64,000 nt of DNA from Hypanus sabinus (Eukaryota): NCBI RefSeq assembly GCF_030144855.1, contig NC_082712.1, positions 89,962,001-90,026,000 of the forward strand, read 5' to 3'. Of the stretch, positions 37,042 to 48,944 are shown piece after piece; within the stretch, counting starts at the first letter, position 1, and the number at the start of each line of letters is the position of its first letter. The notes beneath the pieces are model-generated. The model was not told the DNA's origin. It did not search any database and was given only the letters and a program-made list of their open reading frames with translations. Made by a program: the position numbers and the translations under genes.

Positions 37042-38614
37042 CATTGTGTACATAGTGTGGATATAGAATCTTTGTGCTTTTTTAACTGAAATTAAAATCC
37101 TAAACAGGATAAATGGGAAGTGCAAGTAGTCGCTCGGCTAGTGCTGATCCTGCTAATAAACCGAAGAGTTCCGGAGGTAAGACGAAGGTTTTGAACACTC
37201 AACTCCAAGTAGGGAAAAAAAGAAAAAACACCGAAAAGATTAAGAAGATAGAACAGCACCACCAGCAAATAGGAGACCCCTTAGTCCCCCCCCCCCCCGA
37301 TCTCCAGCGGATATGGTAATCAGAGAGACCGGAGATGATCGTTATGCAGACAGATACATTCAGTAGTGATTTGTATGAGTGGACATATGGGGATTGGCCG
37401 GATGGGGGAAGTTTTAATTTGAGACTAATCCAGCACTGGGAGGGCACCACCCGAAATGGTGACGAAGATCAAAATTGGGATGCTGATTACATGTTAAGAC
37501 GTTTTTAATGATGGAAGGAGGTGCTAAAAGACACCAACCTTCAAAAACGAAAGGAGATTAAGCAGCCTGAAACAGAGAAGGCTGGGGATGACATGAAACA
37601 CGCCACAGGACTTTATCCACAATTCCCTGTACCGGCCAGAGCCCCATTGGCACCCAATAGTGAAAAAGACAATTTAATAATGACGACCCTCATCACTCCT
37701 TACAACCCCCATGCCAGAGGTTCAGTAATCTGACACCCCCAGGGGAACAAGAGAAGGGTATCATGAAAAGAGAAAAAGAGAATGGAGGAAAAGCTTTTAA
37801 CAGACACCTTCATTATATCTAAAACAGCCCCGCTTCCCCTGCTGGGTTTGCAGACCCCTTATAAATTAGAGGCAACACTGCACCGTACAGCTGTAGGTAT
37901 ATACATGCAGCTTCCTCAAATTAGGGTCCTTCAAATGCTAAAATCAATGAATGGGCGAGAAAAGGATAGTTCAGAACCAATACTATGCTTTTGGCAGCTG
38001 GATAGTAATCTCTATGCTTGGCAAGTTCGGAGACTGCATGACACATTGATAGGACGAGCCTCCCGCTACATACAAAATCTGCAATACTTGATGAATAGCA
38101 GCCGAGAAAAGAAATAGCTCCATTGCACGGTCTATTACACTTTAAAAACTGACCCGCACCATGATCAGGCTGTACACCCTTAACTAAATGGTAAAGCTGA
38201 AGGCAACCCCGTATGTGTATTTGGTCCCGAGGGATTAGGGCTCCTGGTAGACAGTGGAAGATCAGGAAAATAGATTCCGACTCGGGGGCTCCTCAATGTC
38301 TCATTTGACAGTGGCCATAAAACCACCAGCAACGCCTAAAGATATCGGGACGATGATAAAACGATTGGCGAAAGAAAACAAGGCTGTTTATACCATAACT
38401 CTGCTGGGACAAGAAGCCCGAATAGATTTCTTTAACGAAAAGGAGGGGAAAAATCTGTTTAAGTCCGAGAGCTGGGAATCATCCTTTGAAAAGCAACAAC
38501 CACTAGCAGATGGCCCTCTATTTTCCCCTAGAGCCTTAGAGTGGGTATAGGGAACCTATGGGTCCTAGATAAAAATCATGTGAGAAAGGCCCAAACAGCT
38601 CCTGAGAAAGTTAT

Positions 38615-39722
38615 TGTCATGGTCCGGTCCATGGATCTGGACTCCGGGTCTTCTGGCTGTCCGTTGTTTCAGTTCGTCTTAATCACAGGCACCTGATTCT
38701 CATGTTAGGGCTGGAATATAAATTGCCCAGGGTTCGAGTGGGGTGACTGGTGTTGTCATCCCATCCTTGCGTCTGTGGGGTAAGTCAGGCCGTTCCCCTG
38801 CTGTGGGATTTGTCCCTTCCTGTCCTTGCCTCCATTGGGGAAGTCAGGCTGTCTTTGCCATTACCCTGAGGCTGGACTGTTTCCTTCCTTCTCTCTACAG
38901 CCCTGCTGGCTACCTCGCCTGTATCACCATCAAGTTCATCCGTCAGAGTGAGACCGGAACCTTCCCACGCCAACAGAAGGAACTATCCATCGTTAAGATT
39001 GGAACTGTCTCTTTGTGTCCCTGTGTTTAGTGTCCGTGTATGAGTCCTGGCCCTATGTCCTGTCCCCAAAGGAGGGGTCCTGACACTGTGTAAAGCCCCG
39101 ACCCTTCGTCCTGTTCCCAAAGAGGGGTACCGGCTCTGCTCTGTGTCCCTGTGCTCCAGTCCAAGGCTGTGTTACTGAGCTCAAGCCCTAGGCTCCTGGG
39201 AGGTTCCAGTCCGTGTCCAAGTTGTGGCCTCTGCCCTAAGTCCAGGTCTCGCCCAGGGTTAGTGTCCATCTCCAGCTATGCCTCTCCCCACTGCTTTTTT
39301 GTGCTCCCTCGACCTAGGCTCTGTGTTCCTGCTCTCCCTCGATCAAGACCAAGTCTGAGCTTCATGTCATCGTCCTGCCCTGGCGTCCCACGTCCTGCCC
39401 CCACGTGCAGTCCTGTTGCCTTGCCAAGTGCAGTCCTCGCCTGGATCCGGAGTCTGAGCACGAGTCAAGACCCAGGTTCCGGGTCCCTGTCCAGTCTCTG
39501 GCTCGGAGTCCTTGTCCAGGTTCCTAGTTCCTAGTTCCAAGTTCCTTGTCCAGGTCCCGCTTACCCAGTCTAGTCGCTGTCTCCTAGTCTCATCCAGGGC
39601 CTGTCTTGTCCAGCGTTGTTTCTTCCCCACTTCCCTTGCTTTCTTGACACACCTAGTCCAGTCCCTAGTACTTCAGTGTCTGTTTTGCATTTGGGTCTGT
39701 TCCCAACGCCCACCCTATGACA
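38615..39722 (+). mobile_element. Gypsy-family solo LTR inserted in ERV pol
   Basis: TGTCATGG...CTATGACA termini; target-site duplication GTTAT/GTTAC; internal short tandem repeats. Confidence 0.85.
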
Positions 39723-41497
39723 GTTACTCTAATATAAAAAAAACACGAATGTGTCACTGCCCTGTATTGAACAGTACCATATGGCTACTGAAGTTGAAGA
39801 AGCTGTCGCTCCGGTGATTGACTCATTGCAGCAGGGGGTGCTAGTGATGACAAAGCCTGTGTAACACCCCTGTATTACCCATCCCAAAAACGGGCCGGGG
39901 AAATGAATGGCGTTTGTGCAGGAGCTAAGAGCCATTACTCCAATGGTGCCAGAAAAGAACATTATGCTTACTTCTATACCTGTGGGAACGAGTACCTTTA
40001 CTGTAGTCGATCAGTGCTGAGCATTTTTCTCCATACACGATGATGGCCAGTATTTAATTGCCTTGACTTATAAGAATGAGCAATATACGTGGCCACGTCT
40101 GCCCCAGGGATATACCTAAAGCCCCGCAGTTTATGTTGCAACAGTTAAAAATGATTTGACCGAATACCGGCTGTCCGAGTATTCCACGCTGATTCAGTAT
40201 GCAGACAACATCCCGATAGCTTCTGCTGCAGGGCCACAATGTCTGATAGATTCTTTTAACACTCCTTGAACTTTTGGCGAAAAGAGGACACGGGGTGTCT
40301 GTGAAGACAATGTAGTTTTGCCAAGATCCTGTCCAGTACCCTGGATTCCAGCTCAGTAAAGGTTGGCGAAGTTTGGGAAGGGGTCGAATAAGAGCAATAA
40401 AGAAGGTCCCAGTCTCCAAAACAAAAAAAAAATGATATTCTTTCTTTCCTGGGCATGGTAGGGCACTGTCGACAGTGGATTCCCGAATACGAGAGATGGA
40501 TGCAGTAATACGTTCTACATTGAAAACGGAGCCCGTCGTCGTGGATAGACACCCAAAAGGGAGAAAAAACTTCCATGACCCAAATGTAATGGTAGAAAAC
40601 CTATTCCTGTTGTATTGGATCGCCCGTGTTCTGTGATAGTACCCCATGCAGTAATACTACTGTTGAATTCAGCTGCTACTTAGCATTTTACAACGGCTAG
40701 AAGGACAGGTTAAGGGGTGATTCTTCTCCCTCGATCGAACTGTACGGACAAAAGATCTCCGTCTATTAATCCAGCTACTTTTGTTCCGTTACCATCTGCA
40801 CAGCAGGATGGGGATGACCACGATTCTCTGCTCACAGTGGAAGCTACTACTACTCCCCGACCAGATCTGAGAAGCGAACCCTGATTTAATCATTTTTACA
40901 GATGGCTCTTTGCACCGCCCAAGCGATGATCTGTTGCTGGCAGGGTATGCTATCGTAACTCCCCACGAGGTAGTCGAGGCTTGCGCCTTGACAGTAGGAA
41001 CATCAGCGCAGGCGGCAGAACTCTGTGCCGTTACCCGAGCTTACTTGCATATTGGCCTAAGGGAAAGCTGCCAATGTTTATTCCGATTCATATTGTGAGT
41101 CTGGGATAGAACATGACTTTGGCCATGCCTCCTTCATACTGAGAGTTTTAGAAGCTATACAGTTGTCACGGACTTTAGTAATAATTAAGTGCGAGGAACA
41201 CACCTCAGCCGAGTATAAGGTCTCCAAGGGGAATCGATTTGCAGGCATGGTAGCAAAATAGGTGGTCCTTCAGTGACAAGCTGTGCCACATACCCCGCGG
41301 GATGAAACGGGAGGGTAGGAGCTCCCTGTGTGTATTGACGGCCAGCAGTTTCAGGAAGCACAAAATCTTGCCTCACAGACAACAGAAATGTGCCTGGAGC
41401 AAATCTGCATGTTACCAGAATACCGGGCTATGGCGTCACCCAGACGGACGAGTAGTGTGCCCGCGTAGTTTATTTTTGACCCTGACTCGGCTGGCAC

Positions 41498-42061
41498 ATG
41501 GCCAGGCTCACATGGGCAAAGGAGGGATGCAGCATGCCATCACTCAACAATGGTCTGCCCCTGCAAATTGACTTTGTACATACGCCTGTTGATAGGAGTT
41601 TTAAGGATATATTGGTAATAGCAGACTTGATTTTCAGATGGGGGAAGGGCTATCCAACCAGGCGGAATGATGTAAGAAATGCGGTGAACATATTGATGAA
41701 AGAAATTATACCCAGGTTTGGAATTCCCCTAGGGATAAATAGCGACAGGGGAACCCATTTTACAAATGAATTAGTGCAGGGACTGAAGGAAGCCTTGGGG
41801 TTCCAGTGGAAATTGCAAATCCCCTGCCAGCCTCAGTCCTCGGGTATGGTGGAAAGAGCAAACGGGGAAATAAAAGTGTCTTTGACAAAAGTTTGTCAGC
41901 AAAACGGCCTCGGACGGCCAGAGGCCGTGCCCTTAGTCATGTACACTCTGCAAAATCAGAATAGAAATACAGGACCTACCCCTCATGAAATTTTGATGGG
42001 GCGGCCTATGACAACAGGAACTGAGCCTCCCATGACCGCAGAAAATGTAGCGCTAATATGA
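41498..42061 (+). pseudogene. pol: ERV integrase core
   Basis: DDE-type core: QIDFVH, SDRGTHF, SSGMVERANG. Confidence 0.85.
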
Positions 42062-42744
42062 TGTGAAGAGAAGACACTGAAACACGCACAAGCATTGTGT
42101 CAGGAGGCAGGGAAATTTTATGAGAGGGTCCGACAAGCCCAGGCACGTTTAACTGAAGGTAACATGCATCCGTTAATCCGGCTGATAGAATATATGTGAG
42201 ATCAATGAATAAAGATTCTTTCTCTCCCAGGCTGCTGAGGACCCATACAGCCGGTAACGTGAAGGAGAAACCTGATTGACTACACGCCAGCAGGTGCAAG
42301 TTGCACCACGACGAGGATGAAATAAAACACTGAACTGGTGACATCTTCCTTGAGAGAGAGGAACGGCGCTGAGAACCAAGAACCAGGTGTTATTGAGAGA
42401 CTGGAACATAAATCAATTTTAACCTGCACCTCATTTTATATACATAGTGACTGATTACTAACAAAATATATACTCAGTAGAGGACTAACATGAAGGAAGC
42501 AGTGGTAATAATCATATTAGGGGTGGAATTCATTGATCACCTAACAGCGTCGGAGGGTAAATACAAAGAAACAGGAAAGTGGAGAAGTATTAGCCTGAGA
42601 AGGAGGGGTCAGTACGTCTTTAGGGACAGAATGTTGCACCTACATACCCGATGCTTCGTGGTAGAGGACCGTGGGCATTTACCTGATGAAGAGGATCCCA
42701 GATACAGGTCATCTGTATTTTCTATTCTTGTAAAACCCTGTCCG

Positions 42745-45105
42745 ACTAAATGAATCGTGTCAGCCTCCTGTTCGATTTGGTGTACCATTTATGTACCGTC
42801 TGCATTCGAGCACAATCTGGGGCTCTGAATGATGGTTCCAGACTTCGTAAGACCTTATCCTCCTTCACTGAAAACTCTACCATGGTGATTCTCAGCATGC
42901 CGAGCCCATCCTTCCCCCCTCACGTCCCTTTCGGAAAATAGGAGCAGGATTAGGCTACTCTGCCCCTCAAATACGCCCCAGTTTTTAATCAAACTTCAGC
43001 AAATGTACCCCAGGCCTCATCTCACTTTCCCTGCCATATGCGAGGTGCCTCAATATTGAAGTGTTGGAAAGTCCACCCCTTTTCGATATACAACGCTCCA
43101 GACGATTTTGCCAAGAATTCCAGAGATGCACCAATTTTTGCAGCCCTTTTAAATCAACACCTCCTCCCATGGACATGAAGAAAATGGAGAGATATTCACA
43201 TGTAGTCAGGTTAGTTAACTGTGCCATTACTAGTTTTATTAGATCAGTACAGCATCATGGGCTGAAGAGCCTTTTCCTGTGATGTCCGGCTCTTTACACA
43301 GTAGCCACTCTGGTGCAAGAGTGGAACTTGGTGTTGTCTTCAAGTTCAATTTCAACATTAATCATCACACATCCACACAGGTGTATACTGTTAAACAAAT
43401 GGGCATTTGAAACAGCTCGTCCACTTCAAGGTTAGATGTGTTGTGAATTCAGAGATGCTCTTCTGCCCTCCACTGTTGGAACGTGTCGGCATTTGAGTCA
43501 CTGTCACCTTGAACCAGACTGGTCGTTCTCCTCTCACCTCTCACATTAACAAGGTGCTTCCCTCCACAGAACATCTGCTCACTGTTTTTTTTGGTGTTAT
43601 TCACACCATTCTCTGTAAAACCTGGAGACTGTTGTGCATGCGATTCGCAGGGGATTAGCAATTTCATAAATACTCAGTCTAATGTCCAAGTTAGCTCGAT
43701 GGCATTTCTTCCCTTTTCAGTGATTTGGTTTGAACAACAACTGAACCTCGACCATATTTGCTTGCGTTATTTGCATTGAGGTTGGGTCACATAATTGGCT
43801 GATTAAATATTTGCATAAACCAGCAGGTGTAGGGTTACACCTAATATGGCGGCCAATAAACGTCCATAAGACCGTAAGACATAGTAGACTTAGGCCATTC
43901 AGCCCATAGATTCCGCTCTGGTATTCCATCATGGCTGATCCAAGTTCCCACCAACCCACCTGCCTTCTTGCCTGATCCTTTGATGCTCTGACTGGTTACG
44001 AAACGATCAAATTCTGCCTGAAATATACCCACAGACTTGGCTTCACCCTGATTCTGTGGCAGAGCATTCCACAGATTTACAACTCAATTTTGAGGCTGTG
44101 TCCTCTAGTTCTGGTGCCTGCACCATAGGAAACATTCTCTCCACAATCACCTTTCAACATTCGGTTTTATTTATTGAGATCCCCAGGCATCTATTAAATT
44201 CCAGTGAGTGTAGTCCCCAAAGCTGCCAAATGCTCCACGTATGTTAACCCCTTCATTTCTGGAATTATTTTTGTGACCCTCCTCTGGAATGTTTCCATTA
44301 TTAACACATCCCTTCATAGATATGGGGCCCAAAACTGTTGACAGTACTCAAGTGCAGCCTGACTAGTCTCCTATTAAGCCTCAGCTTATCTCCCTTTCAT
44401 ATTCTATTCCTGCTTGAAATAAATGCCAACATTGTATTTGCCGCCTTTACCACAGACTCAACTATAAATGAAACTTCTGGGAGTCTTGCATGAGGACCCC
44501 TAGATTCCTTCACACCTCTTTTGTTTGAATTTTCTCTCCATTTAGATTATAGTCTGCACTATTGTTCCTTTTTCCAAAATATATCAGCATACATTTCCAA
44601 ACACTATTTCCTCTGCCACTGTTTTGCCCATTCTTCCTCAGCACTACCTATCCCTCCACCTATCGTCATATCATCCACCAACTTTGCCACAAACCATCAA
44701 ATCTATTATCTAAATCATTTACAAGCATTATTCACTGGCAGACAGCCAGAAAAAGCCAGATTTATTCCCAGTTGCTGCCTCCTGCCTGTCAGCCATTCTG
44801 CTATCCATTCCAGTACTTCCTCGAGGAACTCTAATAGATTTGTCAGGGAAGCTTCCCCTTTGCATAAACCATGCTGACTTCTCTCCTGGTACCTTGAACC
44901 CTCATTCTTAATAATAGACTCCAACACTTTTCCAACAACTGAGGTTAGCATAAATGGAATACAATTTCCATTCTTTTGCCTTCCTCGTTTCTTAAACAGT
45001 GGAATGACATTTCCAATCTTGCAGTCTACTGGGACCATGCCAGAATCAAGTGATTCTTGATAGATCATGACCAATGCAACCACCATCTCTTCAGCAACCT
45101 CTCGC
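42745..45105 (+). repeat. Duplicated block downstream of the TM exon position (paralogous to ~60722-63720)
   Basis: Starts ctaaatgaatcgtgtcag in both copies; shared MITE and shared CR1 with the same internal deletion. Confidence 0.92.
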
Positions 45106-47900
45106 TGTCATAAAGTGGGCGTTGGGAACGGACCCAATTGCAAGACACAGACACTGAAGTACTAATGAGAGGACTAGATGTATCAAGAAAGCAAAGGAAG
45201 TAGGGAAGAAATGACGCAGGACAAGACACAGGTTCGTCTCACAGGTATGGAAGGCCTTCTGTCAAGCCTTAGGTGCCTCGGTCAGCCTGTCATCCGGCTT
45301 CCACCCCGAGTGGAACGGGCAGACGGAACTGGTCAACCAAGACCTGGAGGGGACGCTACGTTGTGTAACGGCAAACAACCCGTCGACTTGGAGCGCCCAC
45401 CTCCCGTGGGCTGAGTACGCGCACATCTCTCTGGTGAGCTCTGCCATTGGGAGGTCTCCATTCGAGTGCTTCCTAGGGTACCAACCCCCACTGTTCCCCG
45501 CGCAAGAAGAGGAGATTGCGGTACCGTCGGTTCAGGACTATATTGATCGGTGCCTTAAGGTTTGGGAGGAGACACAAACAGCCCTACTCAGATCGGCAAA
45601 TCGCAATAACAAGACGGTAGACCGACACCGGACTCCGGCGCCCGAGTACCAACCGGGGCAGATGGTGTGGCTTTCATCCAAGGACATCCCGCTCAAGAAC
45701 GAGCATAGAAAACTCGCCCTTCGCTTCCTAGGACCATTCAAGGTCGAAAGTGTTATCAATCCCGTAGATGTCCGCCTAAAACTGTCAAGACGTATGCGCA
45801 CCCACCCGACTTTTCATGTTTCACAGTTAAAGCCAGTTTCCGTCAGCCCCTCGTGTCGCCCGGTTGAGACTCCTCCACCTGCCTGTATCATCAACAACCA
45901 TCCGGCACACACCCTCCTAAGACTAGTGGATGTTCACCGCAGGGGCAGTGGTCTCCAAAACCTGCCAGACTGGGAAGGGTACGGTCCAGAAGAGCGTTCC
46001 CAGAAACTTCAGCCATCTCTGCTCTGACGTCATCCCCGCCAGTATCCCCCTCCAGTCCTCCTGGGCAAGTTCCTTTGTCATGCCTCTGTAATTCCCTTTA
46101 TTGTATTGCGATACTGATACTTGTGAGTTATTATTCTTCGATTAAAATTGTATGAAGTTGATCACATTGTGATCATTGCCTCCGAATGGGTTTATTTACG
46201 ATAAGCTCCCTAATAAGATCTGGGTTATTACACAACACCCAGTCTAAGATCGCCTTTCCCCAAGTAAGCTGAAGCACAAACTGATCTAAAAAGCCTCTTC
46301 ATAGGCATTCAACAAATTCCCTCTCTTGCAATCTGACACCATCCTGTTTTTCCCAAACTCCTTCCATATTGCAGTCCCCAATTGCAATTCTGTCATGACC
46401 CTCATTACATGCATTTTGCAGCTCCTTTTGCAACTTCATCCCCACATCTTGTCTACTATTTGGAGGTCTATGTATGATTCCTATAATGGTATTTTACCCT
46501 AGCAGTTTTTTAACTCTACCTACAAAGATTCACCATTCTCTAGCACTGTCACGTCTTTCTGAAGATATAATTCCATCTCTTACCAACAGACCCATCACCG
46601 CCTTTGCCTTCCTGCCAGTGTTTTCGATACAAAGCATATCCTTTCATGTTAAGCTCCCAACTATGTCCTTCTTACAGTCACGACTTGGTGATGCCCACCG
46701 TGTCATTCTAACCAATTTGTAACTGTGCCACGTTTGTGCACCTTATTCTAAATGCTACGCACGTTTCAATACAGAACATTCCGTCCTGGATTCTTAACAC
46801 TTTCGAATTTTGCCTCTGTGGTACAATTTAACTCCTCGCTGTGTCTGCATTTGTACCCAATCATTGGCTTGTTCTTCCTCAAATTAATGTTAACCCTATG
46901 ATCTACTGGTAAACTTGCTGGCTCATCCTCAGATCTAACATACTCGTTCCCATTCCCCTGCCATATGTGCTTAAACCATTCCCAACAGCTCTAGTAAAAC
47001 AGTCCGCAAGAATATTGGTCCTCCTTGGGTTCAAGTACAACTTGTCCCTTTTGTACAGGTCTCAGCTACCCCAGAAGTGGTCCCAATTATCCAGAAATCT
47101 GAATCCCAGCCCCTGCTCCAACTCTTCAGTCATTTATTTGTCTGCCATTTCATTCTATTCATATCCCAACTGTCGCTTGGCACAGGCAGCAATCTTGAGA
47201 TTACTACCCTTGAGGTCCTGCTACACAGCTACCTTCCTAACTTCCTATATTCTTTTTGCAGGACCTTCTCTCTTTTCCTTCCTATGTCAATGATACCAAT
47301 ATGTACAACGACTTCTGGCTGCTCACTCTCCCTTTACAGGATATTGTGGACGCGCCCAGAAGCATCTCAGACTCTGACATTTAAAAGCTAAACTACCATC
47401 CGTGTTTCCTTTTTGCGTCCTTAGAATCACTTATCTGTTCCCAAACTACAGAGTCCACTTTTACTGCTGCCATCCTCTTCAGTTCCTTACGCTTCTGATA
47501 CACAGTGCCCGACTCTGGGCCAGACGTACGGCCATGGTTGTTTCCCCAGGTAGGTCATATCCCACCCATAACAGTATCCAAAATGGTGTAATTACTTTGG
47601 AGGAAGATGACCACAGGGGTGCTCTCCACTCTCTGTTGTTCTCCGTTCCATCTCCTGACAGTCACCCATTTATCTGTCTCCTGTAGCCTTGGAGTGACTG
47701 CACCCTTGTAGCTCCTGTCTATCACTGCTTCACTTTCCCTAACAAGGAGAAGGTCATCAAGGTGCAGCTCCAGTTCCCGAACGCTATCTCTCAGGAGCTG
47801 CATCTCGATGCACCTGATGTGTTAGGGTTGGGAGTCTCCTGGAAATCTCATATCTGACACGCAGAACAGAACATTGGCTCTGTAGATATAGTCCCTGTCT
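43870..47900 (-). mobile_element. CR1 LINE, interrupted by a Gypsy fragment
   Basis: RT peptides in ORF 44715-45086; endonuclease and ORF1 remnants after about 46077 (VRELELHLDDLLLVRESE). Confidence 0.85.
45106..46075 (+). mobile_element. Chromovirus-type Gypsy fragment (integrase C-terminus and chromodomain) with an inverted LTR end
   Basis: [55 protein letters not shown]; 45106-45230 is a minus-oriented LTR end. Confidence 0.85.
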
Positions 47901-48944
47901 AGAACTGAATAAGAAATAAGGAATAAACTTACCTAGACTCTACCTCTACTCACTGAAGCCCTGTTTCAGCCAAAGCCTTCAACTCTGACTCAGACTGCTC
48001 CCACGATGACTGCTTGTCTAGATGCCACCTCTCATTTTTAGAGACTGGGTTTTCTGACGAAAATCTTTGTCGGACCTACTCAGGAACATTCCTGTCACAT
48101 CTGCACATACTCCAATCAATGATTCCGGTCCTTTTTCTATGGAGGGCTGCTGAGCACTAGATTCTCAGCGCCACAGTGATGGATTTCGACCATTGCTCCC
48201 CACGTCCGTCCACTCATCAGCAATCGGTATACAGTATTGTGCCTGAGACATTCGCACAATACTGTAGTAATTTTAGCAGCCTGGTGATTCTATTTCTTCC
48301 AAGGATGCTTGGCTTATGTGCCACATCTCATGGTTATCTGTGTAAGAAAAACCCCAGAACTAATTTCCAAATATGCGGGATGTTTTCAAAGCCTGGATCG
48401 CCAATACTGTTTAATGATGTTGGCATTTATTTTGAACTGTTTCTCTTTAGTTTTGTCAATGAGTATATTAATACTGCAATGCCATAAACACAGGGGTTTT
48501 TTAAGTTGCTGGAACTCCAGAGGGACATGTACAAAATGCTGGAGAGGCTCTGCAAGTCAACCAGCATCGATAAAAATGAATCTGAGGAAGGGGATGGAGA
48601 TAGAGTAAAAAGTTGGGAAGGGCAAAGAGAACCAGCTAGAATGTGATAAGTGAAGCCATTAAGGTGCAAAACTTATAGGGTTGAAGAACAAGGAACCTGA
48701 TATAGGAGAGGAGAGTGGATCCTGAGGGCTAGGGAGAAGGGGTGCACCAAAGTGAGGTGTACTGACGAGGAGAAGAGGGAAGAGGCACATTGGGGTATAG
48801 AAGAAAGGGGAGTGAAATACTGGAAGGAGTAGTCATTAGTTTGGAGTTTATAGCATCGACTACACCTTCAATATTCCTTACAGTTGAAGCCACACTTCAC
48901 CTGCTGGGCTCTTCTATTTGATGTGACCTCATCTACATCATGGA

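Larger units (their letters stand above)
35416..42745 (+). mobile_element. Class I (epsilon-like) endogenous retrovirus, decayed, 3' truncated in env
   Basis: 5' LTR and PBS; gag MGSASSRS (37113); RT ..TWPRLPQGY..LIQYADN; RNase H FTDGS..GYAIVT..SAQAAEL; integrase LQIDF..IIPRFGIP..SDRGTHFT..PQSSGMVERAN; hydrophobic env-like start at 42490. Confidence 0.9.

Noticed and set aside
36336-39817. Repetitive ORFs such as 36336-36794 and 39151-39534 as host proteins
   Set aside because: They arise from tandem repeats inside solo LTRs bounded by target-site duplications.
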